A stretch of 64,000 bases of DNA from assembly GCA_031402225.1 (NCBI GenBank), contig JANNSD010000152.1, positions 395 through 64,394 of the forward strand, read 5' to 3'. The notes beneath the pieces are model-generated. The model saw nothing but the letters and a program-made list of their open reading frames with translations, ran no database searches and had not been told where the DNA came from. The position numbers were made by a program, and so were the translations under genes. The stretch's first letter is position 1, and every line of letters starts with the position of its first letter. This document shows positions 17,783-27,759 of the stretch, piece by piece. The DNA is from Gemmatimonadota bacterium. GTDB taxonomy: Bacteria; Gemmatimonadota; Gemmatimonadetes; Gemmatimonadales; GWC2-71-9.

Positions 17783-20192
17783 CGTGCCCGCCCAGGGGTT
17801 CGTCGGCGACAACCGCGGAGCCGCGGCGCGCATCGTACGTGACGCGAACGATGCGGTCGAAACCGTCGCGCACCGAATCGATATGGGTGATGAGGATCAC
17901 CTGCGGGAAGCGGTCGGCGAGGCTGCGGAGCAGCTCCACCACGGCGGCGCGATGATCGTCGTCCAGGGAGCCGAAGATCTCGTCGAGAATCAGGAGGGAG
18001 AGCGGCTGCCCGGCGCGCTCGGCGATCATCTGGCTGATGGCCAGCCGCAGGGCCAGGTTGGCGATGTCCTCCTCGCCGCCCGAAATGACACCCTTGGGCT
18101 CACCCTCATCCAGCAGCGTGGTCACATAGTCCTCATCGAGCTCGAGCTCGGTATAGCGTCCATTGGTCAGGTCGCGCAGGAACACCGAGGCCAGTTCCGA
18201 CAGGTCGGGACGCAGCGCGGCGTTCAACTCGTTTCGCAGGTCGCCCAGGGCGCGATCCAGCTCCTGGTTCGTCTTCAACGACAGCGCCACCGCATCGGCC
18301 TCGCGCGCGCGACGCGCCCGGTCCTCGATCCGTCGTGCCGCCTGGAGCGTGGCCTCCTTCGCCGCGGTCGCCTCGCCCTCGTCGCGCACCAGCGTGAGCG
18401 CGGCGGCCTGCCGCGCCGCCTCCGACGCCCGCCACTCGCGCTCCACCGTGCGGAAACCCTCCTCGCTGAAGCCCAGGGCGGCCAGCGCCGTCCGCATGCC
18501 GTCATGACGCGATTCGGCCTCGAGCCGCGCCGTGTCCGCGCCGGCCTGCTGGTCCCTGAGCAGCGGAAGCCGATCGGCCCCGACCCGCTGGCGTTCGAGC
18601 TCCAGTGCCAGCGGATCGAGCCGCTTCAGCTCGGACTGTACCTGCTCATGGCGTGACTGATCGTACACCGTGCCGGGGAGCGCCGCGAGATCCACCTCAA
18701 TTCCCGCCAGCCGGGCGTCCAGCTTCTGGACTTCCTCTCGCCAGCGCGCCGTTTCGGCCAGCGATGCCGCCAGCCGGGCCTGCGCCGCGTTCCCCTCCTC
18801 GAGCTGGCGCTTGAGCGCCTGCATCTGTTCCTCGAGCTGCACGACCTCCGGCGGCACATCTTTCAGCTGCTCGATGCGCTGCTTGTAGAAGCTGCCGTTG
18901 AAGGTGACCTCCTCGATCTGCCGGTCGAGCACGCCCAGCACCGACTCGAACTCCTGGCCCAGCGGCCGCGCGCACGTGGGGCACGCACCCTCCTGGCCGG
19001 CCTCCACGATTCGCTCACGCTGCTCGACCAGTTCCCGGTACTGGTCGGCCAGGCCCTCGCGCTTGGTGGTCGCCGCCTGGGCGTCCTGCACCCAGAGCGT
19101 GCGTCGCGCCTCCAGCGCCTCGAGGCTGAAGTCCAGCGCCTGTCGCACGGTGATGATGGACGCCTGGGCCCGCTCCAGCGTCTCCGCCTCCGGTGCCTTC
19201 TTGATCTGCTTCGCCAGCTCGGCCTTGCGCTGCGTCACTTCCTTACGCTGCGCACCCAGTGCCGCGCGGCGCGCGTTGCCCTCCGCGTCGCGCGTGAGGG
19301 CGCCCGCCTCCTCACGCAGCGACAGCCGCGGTGCCAGTGCCACTTCCAGTTCCGCCACTCGTTGCGCCGCTGCTGCCGCCGCCGCCAGGTCTGCCGTCAG
19401 CCGCGCCAGTGTCTGCCGGGTGGTCTCCGCGACCTGTTCCGCCAGGCGCAGGTCGCTCTCCAGTGTCGCGGCCGCCACCTTCTGCTGCTGGGCCATCTCC
19501 CAGCGCGGGCCCAAGGCGGCAGCCTGGGACTCGGCCGCCTTCACCTGCGTCCGGGCCAGCGTCACTCGTGCGTCGGCGGTGGCCAGCCGCTCGGCGGCCG
19601 CCTTCACCGCCGCCTCGAGCACGTCGGGATCCGGCAGCCCGGCGCGGAGCGCGTCGAGCTGGGCGCGCAGGCTGGCGCGCTCGACCTTGAGCCGATCCTG
19701 GCCAACGCGCAACCGCTCGTACCCCAGCACCCGCGACAGGAACGTGGCGCGCTCGGAGGCGGTCATCGCCGCCATGACCGCGAGCTCCTTCTGTCCGGTG
19801 AAGTAGGTATTGAAGAACTCGTCCCGGCTCATGCCAATGAGCCGCGTGACGCGTTCCGTCACGCTGCCGATGCTGTTGGCGATCGGCGCCGCCTCACTGT
19901 CCTGATACAGCTCGGCCCCGCCCAGGGTGCGCAGGATGCGGTAGTTGTGGGCACCGAGCGAGAAATCCAGCTCCACCTCGACCTTCGAACGGGGTGTCGC
20001 GCCGCGGCGGCGGATGGTTTCGCGGTTGCCGCGAGCGGCCGGCATGCCATACATCGCCCAGGCAATGGCCTCGAGCAGCGTGGTCTTGCCCGCTCCGTTG
20101 GGCCCCACGATCCCGGTCAGCCCGCTGCCGAACACCAGTTCGGTGGACTCGTGCTGCCGGAAGTTCTGCAGCCGCAGGCGGTGGATGATCAC
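17769..20192 (-). CDS. Rad50/SbcC-type SMC ATPase
   Basis: LRLQNFRQH, Walker A GPNGAGKTT, zinc hook CPTC, signature ISGGE, Walker B LILDE, ITH. Confidence 0.95.
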   Translation of the reverse strand: MIIHRLRLQNFRQHESTELVFGSGLTGIVGPNGAGKTTLLEAIAWAMYGMPAARGNRETIRRRGATPRSKVEVELDFSLGAHNYRILRTLGGAELYQDSEAAPIANSIGSVTERVTRLIGMSRDEFFNTYFTGQKELAVMAAMTASERATFLSRVLGYERLRVGQDRLKVERASLRAQLDALRAGLPDPDVLEAAVKAAAERLATADARVTLARTQVKAAESQAAALGPRWEMAQQQKVAAATLESDLRLAEQVAETTRQTLARLTADLAAAAAAAQRVAELEVALAPRLSLREEAGALTRDAEGNARRAALGAQRKEVTQRKAELAKQIKKAPEAETLERAQASIITVRQALDFSLEALEARRTLWVQDAQAATTKREGLADQYRELVEQRERIVEAGQEGACPTCARPLGQEFESVLGVLDRQIEEVTFNGSFYKQRIEQLKDVPPEVVQLEEQMQALKRQLEEGNAAQARLAASLAETARWREEVQKLDARLAGIEVDLAALPGTVYDQSRHEQVQSELKRLDPLALELERQRVGADRLPLLRDQQAGADTARLEAESRHDGMRTALAALGFSEEGFRTVEREWRASEAARQAAALTLVRDEGEATAAKEATLQAARRIEDRARRAREADAVALSLKTNQELDRALGDLRNELNAALRPDLSELASVFLRDLTNGRYTELELDEDYVTTLLDEGEPKGVISGGEEDIANLALRLAISQMIAERAGQPLSLLILDEIFGSLDDDHRAAVVELLRSLADRFPQVILITHIDSVRDGFDRIVRVTYDARRGSAVVADEPLGGHDVAA

Positions 20193-21370
20193 GTGCCGTC
20201 CCCGCCATCGCTCTCGACCTGCTCGATCAGTTCCACGCCACGCGAGACGAACCGCTCGCGGTCGATCTCGCCCGGCAGCACCCGGTGCACGAGCCAGTCG
20301 TGCACCAGCTCGGGCAGCGTCTGGCGGCGCCCCGGCGCCCCGGAACCCACGAGGCGAATGCGCGCGGGACGCCGCAGGTCGAGGTGGAAGTGCAGCGCCG
20401 AGGCCTTCCACGCGCGGATCTGCGCGTGATTGACCTCGCGGGCGACCGGACGCGGGACGTCATGCACGACGAGCCGGACGATCTGCTGGACGATGCCACC
20501 CTCCACCGATGCGACCCGGTCGGCGATCGCCGCATCGAGCTGCGAGGCGTCGAGACCGTCGGCATAGATGGGTGGCAGGTCGATCACGCGCCGGGCGTGC
20601 TGCACGAGGTGCGGCGTCACCTCGCCAGTGGCCACGTCCACCAGGAGCCATCCCTTCCCGGGAATGCCGTTCGCTTCCTCCTCGGCGCGTTCGCCCCAGA
20701 TGTTGGTGCTCGTGTACTCCAGCGACCCGGGGTACCACTCCTTCGGACGCACCTGATGCCGCACGTGATAGTGCCCCCACGCGACGTAACTCCAGCCTCC
20801 CGACCCGACCTGTTCCGGGGTCACGATCACGCCGCCGTACTCGAGCGAGGGCCGGTCCGGCGGCAGGAGGCCCTGCACCTCGGCGTGAATCGCGAGCACC
20901 TGGTACTTCGCGGGTCCGTCGGGCCTGATCTGGAGCTCGGCCGGATCGACCAGGGCCTGATGTGGCACCGCCAGGACGCTCAGGTCGAGTTGGGGGAACT
21001 CGAACCGCCGCGCCACGTCCGCGGCGACTGAGACGCCCAGCTCCTCGAAGAGCCTGAGAATGCTGCCGGTCTCGGACGAGCGTGGCGTGTCGTGGTTGCC
21101 GGCGACCAGGATAACCGGTGCCTTGGGCAGGGCCTCGCGCAGGCGCTGGAACTGCCGGAACGCGAAGACGATGGCGGCATTGGTGGGGCGCACCGAGTGA
21201 AACAGGTCGCCGGCGATCACGACCACGTCGGGTCGCTGCGCGATGACGTCGTCGATCACGCCCCGGAAGGCATTGGCGACGTCGGCTTCCCGCTGGTTGA
21301 TGCCCGTGGGGGTCTGGCGGTGGTACTGGCGGATCCCCAGGTGGGAATCCGCGATGTGCGCGAGTTTCAC
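20189..21370 (-). CDS. Mre11/SbcD-type nuclease
   Basis: HIADSHLG, IAGDLFH, AGNHD, WGHYH, YPGSLE. Confidence 0.95.
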   Translation of the reverse strand: MKLAHIADSHLGIRQYHRQTPTGINQREADVANAFRGVIDDVIAQRPDVVVIAGDLFHSVRPTNAAIVFAFRQFQRLREALPKAPVILVAGNHDTPRSSETGSILRLFEELGVSVAADVARRFEFPQLDLSVLAVPHQALVDPAELQIRPDGPAKYQVLAIHAEVQGLLPPDRPSLEYGGVIVTPEQVGSGGWSYVAWGHYHVRHQVRPKEWYPGSLEYTSTNIWGERAEEEANGIPGKGWLLVDVATGEVTPHLVQHARRVIDLPPIYADGLDASQLDAAIADRVASVEGGIVQQIVRLVVHDVPRPVAREVNHAQIRAWKASALHFHLDLRRPARIRLVGSGAPGRRQTLPELVHDWLVHRVLPGEIDRERFVSRGVELIEQVESDGGDGT

Positions 21371-21424
21371 GAGTAGAGAATGGAGGACCGGGACCGGTGG
21401 GGCAAGCGGTGCACCGGGGCGACG

Positions 21425-23359
21425 CTACGAGTAGGGGTCGACCCCGCTGGGGACGGGGCGGATGGTGCTTCGGGGCGTCACCACTTCCCCGCCGATACGC
21501 CGCCCGAGCTTCGCGGTGAAGAACGCGAGCACGTCATCGGGGCGGGTACGCCGGGTCAGTGCGAGGGCACGACGCACGTCGAGCTCCGGCCGACCCTCCA
21601 CCAGCGCGCGCACCGCGTCGGCGGTGACCCGGCGGTCCAGCTGCTTGAGCTGGCGCGCCACGGCGTCCGCGAAGGGCAGCTCCGCCCCGGGGGGGAAGCG
21701 CTCGACACCCTCCCGTCCGCTCAGCATGGCGGGACGGGGAAAGCGCGCAAAGATCGGCTGGGTGAAGTGTGGGTGCCGCAGCATCAACTCGCCCTTGGGC
21801 AGCGTGGCCAGCTTGATCTTGATCGCCGGTGAGAGGGTGGCATACGCCGGCGTGGCGAGCTCGTCCATGTCCATGCGCCCGAACACCGACGTGCCAGCGT
21901 TGCCCACGATACGCCGCTGTACCTGGGAGCGGAACTGCTGGGCCGAGAACAGCACGAGACCGAGGTATCGCCCGCGCTCCGCCAGGTCGAGCAGCATCTT
22001 GCGCACGTAGGTGTCGGGCCCGTCGGCTGGTGCGTACTTGTTGAGTTCGTCCACGAACACCACGACGTGATCGACACCGAGGTCACGACGCTCGAGGTGC
22101 TCCCTGAGCTTCGACACACAGCGGGCGAACACGAGGTCCTGCGCCAGGGGATCCACGCCGGCCACGTCAACGACGTAGACGGTACGGTCCTCGAACGTGC
22201 CCCACGGCAGGTCGTTGGGGGCGCCGTCATCGATGACGAGCCCCTTGGCGCGGGTGCTGATGTTGCCGAGTCGGTTGCGCACCTTGCGAATGGTGGCGAC
22301 ATGATGCGTGCGCCACACCTCACCGCCGCGGCCCATCGCCTCCATGAAGTCGAAGATCGCGCGAAAGAACTCCTCCAGGTCGGCGAAGCTCTCGACCCGG
22401 AACGGCTTGCTTCGCAGGAGGTCGTCCGTGAACTCGCGGCCCACCACGCGCTCACCGAGGAAATCGATGAAGGCGTCGGCCTTGGCATCGATATCGTCGC
22501 GGTTCATCACGACTTCAGCGTAGTCCAGCACTTCGCGCAGCCCCCACACCAGCGGCTCGGTGTTGTGCTGCAGCGACTCGTGCGTGCGCAGCGTGTTGAG
22601 GTTAACCCCGTCGGCCTTGAAGGGCGCGAAATACCGGGCCGAGGTCAGCGGCTCGGCGACGAGCCCGAGCTTGGCGTACAGCGCATGATCCCGCTCGGAG
22701 ATCTCGCCCGGTTGGTCGAGGAAGCAGAGATCGGGGCCCTTCACGTTGAAGCATACGGCGGCGATGGACCCGCGATGGGCCGGGAAGGTCTGGAAGATGC
22801 TCGAGAGCAGGAACTCGACCGCGCTGGTCTTGGTGGCCAGGCCGGACACACCAGTAATGTTGAGGTGGGCCGCCTCAGGGCCGAGCAGGAAGTCGGCGTC
22901 CAGCAGGACGGGCGACTCGTGCCCGCCCAGCGCGTAGACACCCACCGGAATGCCGGTGGGGCGCTCGGAGCGGGTGTACGCGTCCATGCGGAGGGCCAGC
23001 TCGACGTCGGCGTCACTCGCCAGGTGCACGGCGCCGAGCGGCACCGGCTGCAGCGGCTCCTCGGGGATCTGGCGAAGCACGGCGGCCAGAAAGAGGCGAA
23101 CCTCGGTGCGGGCGGTGGGTTCGTTCGCCACCACCGAGGGGTCGCCCTCGGCGCCGATCACGGCGTGCAGCGGCGACGCGAGGTCGGCGTAGGCCATGCC
23201 GTCCGTCACGACGCCGTACACCGTCCTTCCCGGATGATCGACGCGCACGATGGCGCCGATACCGACGGCCGACTCCGTCGCCGTCCAGAAGTAGAACTGG
23301 TGCGGGGTGCTGGGCTTGAGTTCGGTGGCGACGACTCGACCGATGGGAGGGGCGGACAT
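21425..23359 (-). CDS. herA: HerA-like ATPase/DNA translocase
   Basis: N-terminal HAS-barrel-like region, HLNITGVSGLATKT (variant Walker A), VFVDELNKYAP, ERGRYLG...AQQ. Confidence 0.85.
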   Translation of the reverse strand: MSAPPIGRVVATELKPSTPHQFYFWTATESAVGIGAIVRVDHPGRTVYGVVTDGMAYADLASPLHAVIGAEGDPSVVANEPTARTEVRLFLAAVLRQIPEEPLQPVPLGAVHLASDADVELALRMDAYTRSERPTGIPVGVYALGGHESPVLLDADFLLGPEAAHLNITGVSGLATKTSAVEFLLSSIFQTFPAHRGSIAAVCFNVKGPDLCFLDQPGEISERDHALYAKLGLVAEPLTSARYFAPFKADGVNLNTLRTHESLQHNTEPLVWGLREVLDYAEVVMNRDDIDAKADAFIDFLGERVVGREFTDDLLRSKPFRVESFADLEEFFRAIFDFMEAMGRGGEVWRTHHVATIRKVRNRLGNISTRAKGLVIDDGAPNDLPWGTFEDRTVYVVDVAGVDPLAQDLVFARCVSKLREHLERRDLGVDHVVVFVDELNKYAPADGPDTYVRKMLLDLAERGRYLGLVLFSAQQFRSQVQRRIVGNAGTSVFGRMDMDELATPAYATLSPAIKIKLATLPKGELMLRHPHFTQPIFARFPRPAMLSGREGVERFPPGAELPFADAVARQLKQLDRRVTADAVRALVEGRPELDVRRALALTRRTRPDDVLAFFTAKLGRRIGGEVVTPRSTIRPVPSGVDPYS

Positions 23360-23376
23360 GGCACCAAAGCTAACTA

Positions 23377-23502
23377 CGTGAGGAGGAACGACGACTGCGT
23401 GAGGAGGAACGGCAACGGCGTGAGGAGGATCTGAAACTGCGGGGGATCCCCGCCGTCGCCGTTCCTCCTCACGCCGTTGCAGTTCCTCCTTACGCCGTTG
23501 CC
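23377..23502. repeat. Inverted pair of 21-bp tandem repeats around a short palindrome
   Basis: Three CGTGAGGAGGAACGGCAACGG-like units (23377-23439), CGGGGGATCCCCG, then about 2.4 reverse-complement units (23453-23502). Confidence 0.9.
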
Positions 23503-24413
23503 TTGAGAAACTCCTCCACACTCCGGATCCCGTACAGCATCCGATCCCAGCGCGGGTCGGGAGCACTGATCGGCGCCCGCTCGGCCAGGAGCCAGCGGGA
23601 GATCTGGTCGGCCATCGCCGGAGTGCCGTTGACCGGGGCCACCTCCACCCGGATGAGCCCGTGCAGCAGGTCCTTCCCTTCCCAGGGCCAGAGGCGCACC
23701 GCCCACGCACGCACCGGGGCGAGGCGCCGCGACGCCGGCGCGAAGATGGGAGAGCGATGCCCCACGGGGAGCCGCAGGTAGGCCTCGAGGTCGCTGCCGT
23801 CGAACGGGAGCGAGCTGTGACTCTTCGCCACCCCGATCATCCGGGGATCCTGGGCCCACACCGGGCTCTCGGCCAGCGAGCCATCCACCACCAGCCACCC
23901 GCGGCTCCCTTCCCGATACGCAATTCCGACGGACACCTCGAGCGCGCCACGCGCGTCGTCGAGCGCCGCGCCCGCCTGGGCCAGCTCGCGAATGGGGTGG
24001 GGCGGGTCCGCATCGGACAGTTCGATGTGCTCCAGCGACTCGAGCGCCGCGCCCGCCGCGTCCAGCGCCGCGCGACGACCGATCACCAGATCGCGCCGTC
24101 GAACCACCCGGGTGGCGAGCACCCGATCCGTGCGTTCCCGGACGGCCGCCGCCACCGACGCCACGACGATCGGCGATGACCCGGCATAGCCGACGACCTG
24201 GGAATGCTGGACCCCGTCCAGAAAGGCGACCGGTTCGGGCCAGCCGGTGGGTGCTCCAACCGGCCGCGCCGCCACGTGGTCGCCTTCGAGCAACTGTGCG
24301 AGGTGGATCTCGGCTGCCTCGCGCCGGCCAGCACTGGCGGGAGGGATGATGGATGCGGGGGTAATGCCTGCAGCGGCCAGCGCGCGACGAAGGGCGGTGA
24401 GGTCGTTAGTCAT
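23490..24413 (-). CDS. nurA: NurA-like 5'-3' nuclease
   Basis: AFLDG, LVVDGSL, IGVAKS, C-terminal ...EEFLK; adjacent to herA. Confidence 0.75.
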   Translation of the reverse strand: MTNDLTALRRALAAAGITPASIIPPASAGRREAAEIHLAQLLEGDHVAARPVGAPTGWPEPVAFLDGVQHSQVVGYAGSSPIVVASVAAAVRERTDRVLATRVVRRRDLVIGRRAALDAAGAALESLEHIELSDADPPHPIRELAQAGAALDDARGALEVSVGIAYREGSRGWLVVDGSLAESPVWAQDPRMIGVAKSHSSLPFDGSDLEAYLRLPVGHRSPIFAPASRRLAPVRAWAVRLWPWEGKDLLHGLIRVEVAPVNGTPAMADQISRWLLAERAPISAPDPRWDRMLYGIRSVEEFLKATA

Positions 24414-24924
24414 CCAGGCTGGGAAACGGCGGCACGCCCATGAGCCAGCAGCCCACCAGGGCGTCCTCGGCGTCGAGCTCGACCAGCAGCTGATCGGCGA
24501 CCCGCACTGCACGCGCCGCCGGCGAGCCACCGAGTTTGAGGTGGTACAGGCTTTCCCCCGGATTGGTCTGGACGGTCAGCACCGACTCGATCTCGACCGA
24601 GGTGGTCCGATCGGCCCGGGGGCCGCGCAGCACGACGCGCCCCATTTCCACGTTCGACGGAAGCGCCAGTCCCCTGGTGGAGGTGACCTCCGGCCATACC
24701 ACCATGTCGAGCCCGGCGACCGCTCCATCCGCCACATCCAGCACGGCGATGGCGCCCTCGGCATCCGTGAGTTCGATGGTGCCGTCGAGGCGCGAACTCC
24801 CCGAGCTCCGGAACGTCCCGGAGAGGATGTCCGTCTCGGGATCCCAGCGCCACGAAATAGCTGGCAGCGAGCCGGTCAGGCGCTCCACGGTGAACCGCGG
24901 TCCCAGGGATGTCTCAGGCGGCAC
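24406..24924 (-). CDS. Hypothetical protein
   Basis: Coding-like composition; overlaps both neighbours in the operon. Confidence 0.65.
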   Translation of the reverse strand: MPPETSLGPRFTVERLTGSLPAISWRWDPETDILSGTFRSSGSSRLDGTIELTDAEGAIAVLDVADGAVAGLDMVVWPEVTSTRGLALPSNVEMGRVVLRGPRADRTTSVEIESVLTVQTNPGESLYHLKLGGSPAARAVRVADQLLVELDAEDALVGCWLMGVPPFPSLDD

Positions 24925-26125
24925 GGGCAGCTCCCATCGTGCGGATGACGCGGACGATGCGATCCACCGCGGCCTCCAGTTCCTTGTCGGACACCGCATA
25001 GCTCATCCGTACCCAGCGGTCATCGCCGAAGGCCGCACCGGGCACGAGGGCCACGCCCTCTCGCTGCATGAGCTCGTCACAGAACCTGGTGCCGGTGGCA
25101 CCATCGTGAATGCCGTCAACCCGGAAGAAGAAGTAGAACGCGCCATGCGGTTCCACGAACTCGATGCCGGGCACTTCGGCACGAAAACGACTCACCAGCA
25201 GGTCGCGACGCCGGCGGAACGCCGCCACCATCTTCGTGACGTCCTGATCCACCCGCTCATCGCTGAACGCGGCGACCGCCGCCCACTGCGCCGGGTGATT
25301 GGCGCCGGTCGTGGTGTGGGACTGCAGCGCCGCCATCGCCTTGGCGATGTGCGGTGGCGCCAGCGCCGCCCCAATGCGCCAGCCGGTCATCGCGTAGGCC
25401 TTGGAGGCGCCGTAAATCAGCACGGTGCGCTCGAGCAGGTCGTCGGGCAGGTCGAGCATCGACGCCGCCGGCCCCGGCCCGTAGTTGATGCGGCGATAGA
25501 TCTCGTCGGAGATGATCCATACCTGGTGCTTGTGCGCCCACTCCGCGATCCCCTTGAGCTCGGCCAGGGTATACACGGCGCCGGTCGGGTTGCAGGGCGA
25601 GCAGAGGATCAGGCCCTTCACCGACTTGCTATAGGCGGCATCCAGGTCGCGTACGCTCACCTTGAGGCCCCACTCGATATCGCCGGGCACGAGCACCGGC
25701 TCGGCCCGTGACAGGTGCACGATCTGCGGATAGGACACCCACGCCGGCCCAGGAATGAGCACCCGCTGGCCGGGACCGAAGAGCGTGAAGCAGGCATTGA
25801 ACAGCGACTGCTTGGACCCGGAGCTCACCACCATGTGGTCGGGGTTGATCGCGCGGCCACCCGACATGATCGAGAGCGTGCGCGCGATCGCCGTGCGCAA
25901 CTCCAGCAGGCCGATGTTGGGCGGGTAGCGTGTCATGCCCTTGTTGATGGCCTCAATGGCCGCCTGGCGGATGGGTGCCGGCGTGTCGAAGTCGGGCTCG
26001 CCCACGCTCAGATCGTAGACGTCCTCACCGGCCGCCTTGCGCCGCTTGGTCTCCGCGCTGATCGCGACGGTTTCGGACGCCTTCAGGTGCGCCAGGTTGA
26101 TCGAAAGCGGGTCGGGCATGGCCAA
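24914..26125 (-). CDS. PLP-dependent class I aminotransferase (aspartate aminotransferase-like)
   Basis: GEPDFDTP, SPCNPTG, SDEIY, SKAYAMTGWRIG. Confidence 0.95.
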   Translation of the reverse strand: MAMPDPLSINLAHLKASETVAISAETKRRKAAGEDVYDLSVGEPDFDTPAPIRQAAIEAINKGMTRYPPNIGLLELRTAIARTLSIMSGGRAINPDHMVVSSGSKQSLFNACFTLFGPGQRVLIPGPAWVSYPQIVHLSRAEPVLVPGDIEWGLKVSVRDLDAAYSKSVKGLILCSPCNPTGAVYTLAELKGIAEWAHKHQVWIISDEIYRRINYGPGPAASMLDLPDDLLERTVLIYGASKAYAMTGWRIGAALAPPHIAKAMAALQSHTTTGANHPAQWAAVAAFSDERVDQDVTKMVAAFRRRRDLLVSRFRAEVPGIEFVEPHGAFYFFFRVDGIHDGATGTRFCDELMQREGVALVPGAAFGDDRWVRMSYAVSDKELEAAVDRIVRVIRTMGAARAA

Positions 26126-26280
26126 TCCGGAGTTAGGGCGAAAGCACGGCGACGCGGACCGGGAAGGTTCGTTCGCGACCTGCTCCCTGTCAACGCCATA
26201 CGCCCTTGGCCCCCGCCACTGGCCGGGCTAGCTTGATTTCCCGCGACAGTCGCGACCGCTATTTGAGAATCGAGGAGCCC

Positions 26281-27759
26281 GTGTCGGAGCTTGAGCTGCA
26301 CCTGAGCGCGCCCGTGGCGCGCACCCTGGAGTCGTGGGACTGGCAGGCGTCCGACCCGCTCATGCGCGATGCCGTACCCACCGTGGCCCGGGGTCACAAC
26401 CTGGTGGCCGTCCTGCCGCCGTCGCCGGCGGCGGCCGCCCCCCTCATCGGGGCAGTGCTCGGTCGCCTGGGCGGCGGGGTGCGAGGGCTCATGGTGGTGC
26501 CGCCCGGCATGCTGGCCGAGTGGGCCGGCGTCGTGTTCGGGGTCGCCGCCGGCACCGGTCTCAAGGTGGGCGCCGCGCTCGCCTCCGCCCGCGCACTCCG
26601 CGAACTCCGCACCGGCTCCCTCGATCTCCTTGTGGCCTCCCCATCGGTCATCCAGGAACTCATGACCAGTTCCGCCCTCAAGGCGGATGGCCTCGGCGTG
26701 ATTGTGCTCGCCCAGCCCGAGGCCTGGGCCGATCACGCCGCCGTCGCGCCGCTGATGCAGGACCTGCCCCTCGAGGCGCAACGGGTCATCCTCACCGCGA
26801 ACCCGGCGGCGGCGGCCGAAGTGGTGGAGCGGTATGCCCGGAAGGCGCTGGTGCTCGGCGTGCCGCCGACCGAAGCACCGCCCATGCAGCCGGTCGGCCC
26901 GGTGCGCACGGTAAGCGTGGCGTGGTCGCGTCGCGCGGCGGCGCTGGGCGAGCTGTTGCAGCTCCTCGATCCAGCCACCGTCTCCATCTGGGCGCACGAC
27001 CGGAGTGCCGCCGCGGAGATCGCGCGAGCAGTCCCCATCGACGGCGAGTCCATCCGTCTGGTCACCGGCGATGCACCGAAGTCCAGCCTTGTCATCGCGT
27101 TCGACCTCCCCTCACATGAGCGGCTCGCGCAGCTGGTCCAGGCGGGTGATACGGTGCTCCTCGTGCCACCGGGCACCGAGTCGTACGTGGCGGGCATCGC
27201 CCGGCCGACGCGAGCCCTGCGCCTCCCGGGCCTGCTGGAGGAGCATGCGGCCATCTCCACCGCCGACCGAGCTCGTATTCGCGCCGAGCTCGAGTCGGGC
27301 GACGGGTCGGCAGCGCTCCTTGCCCTCGCACCGCTGTTCGAGCGGCATGACCCGACGAGGGTGGCCGCGGCACTCTATGCGCTCTGGAAGGGACAAGAGC
27401 GGCAGGAGCGGCAAGGCGGCAAGGCGGCAGGGCGGCAGGAGGAAGCGACAGCTCCCGCGCCGGCGCCGGCGATTGCGAAGGTGTGGGTTTCGATCGGGAA
27501 GAAGGACGGGGTGACACCCGCCGACCTCGTTGGCGCCCTGACCAAGGAGTTGCGGGTGGACCGGACCGCGATCGGACGGGTTGAACTGCGCGACGGGTTC
27601 TGCCTGATCGACCTGCCCGCAGCGGATGCCGACCGGATTGCTCAGGCGCTGAGCGGGAAGATGATCCGGAAGGTCCGGGTGACGGCGCGGCTCGACCGGG
27701 TGCCCGGGGCGAGCACGGACCGCCGGCCTAGGAGCGGCGCCGGACGACCGCGTCCTTGA
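26281..27759 (+). CDS. Degenerate DEAD-box-helicase-like protein with C-terminal DbpA RNA-binding domain
   Basis: C-terminal IGKKDGVTPADLVGAL...IGRVEL; N-terminus colinear with the DeaD RecA1 domain but lacking motifs; GAGGAG RBS. Confidence 0.75.
   Translation: MSELELHLSAPVARTLESWDWQASDPLMRDAVPTVARGHNLVAVLPPSPAAAAPLIGAVLGRLGGGVRGLMVVPPGMLAEWAGVVFGVAAGTGLKVGAALASARALRELRTGSLDLLVASPSVIQELMTSSALKADGLGVIVLAQPEAWADHAAVAPLMQDLPLEAQRVILTANPAAAAEVVERYARKALVLGVPPTEAPPMQPVGPVRTVSVAWSRRAAALGELLQLLDPATVSIWAHDRSAAAEIARAVPIDGESIRLVTGDAPKSSLVIAFDLPSHERLAQLVQAGDTVLLVPPGTESYVAGIARPTRALRLPGLLEEHAAISTADRARIRAELESGDGSAALLALAPLFERHDPTRVAAALYALWKGQERQERQGGKAAGRQEEATAPAPAPAIAKVWVSIGKKDGVTPADLVGALTKELRVDRTAIGRVELRDGFCLIDLPAADADRIAQALSGKMIRKVRVTARLDRVPGASTDRRPRSGAGRPRP

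Noticed and set aside
23377-23502. 21-bp repeats as a mini-CRISPR
   Set aside because: Head-to-tail units without spacers, arranged as an inverted pair.
21425-24413. HerA-based anti-phage system (Sir2-HerA, Nezha, etc.)
   Set aside because: Partners are NurA, Mre11 and Rad50 in a housekeeping context with host-like composition.
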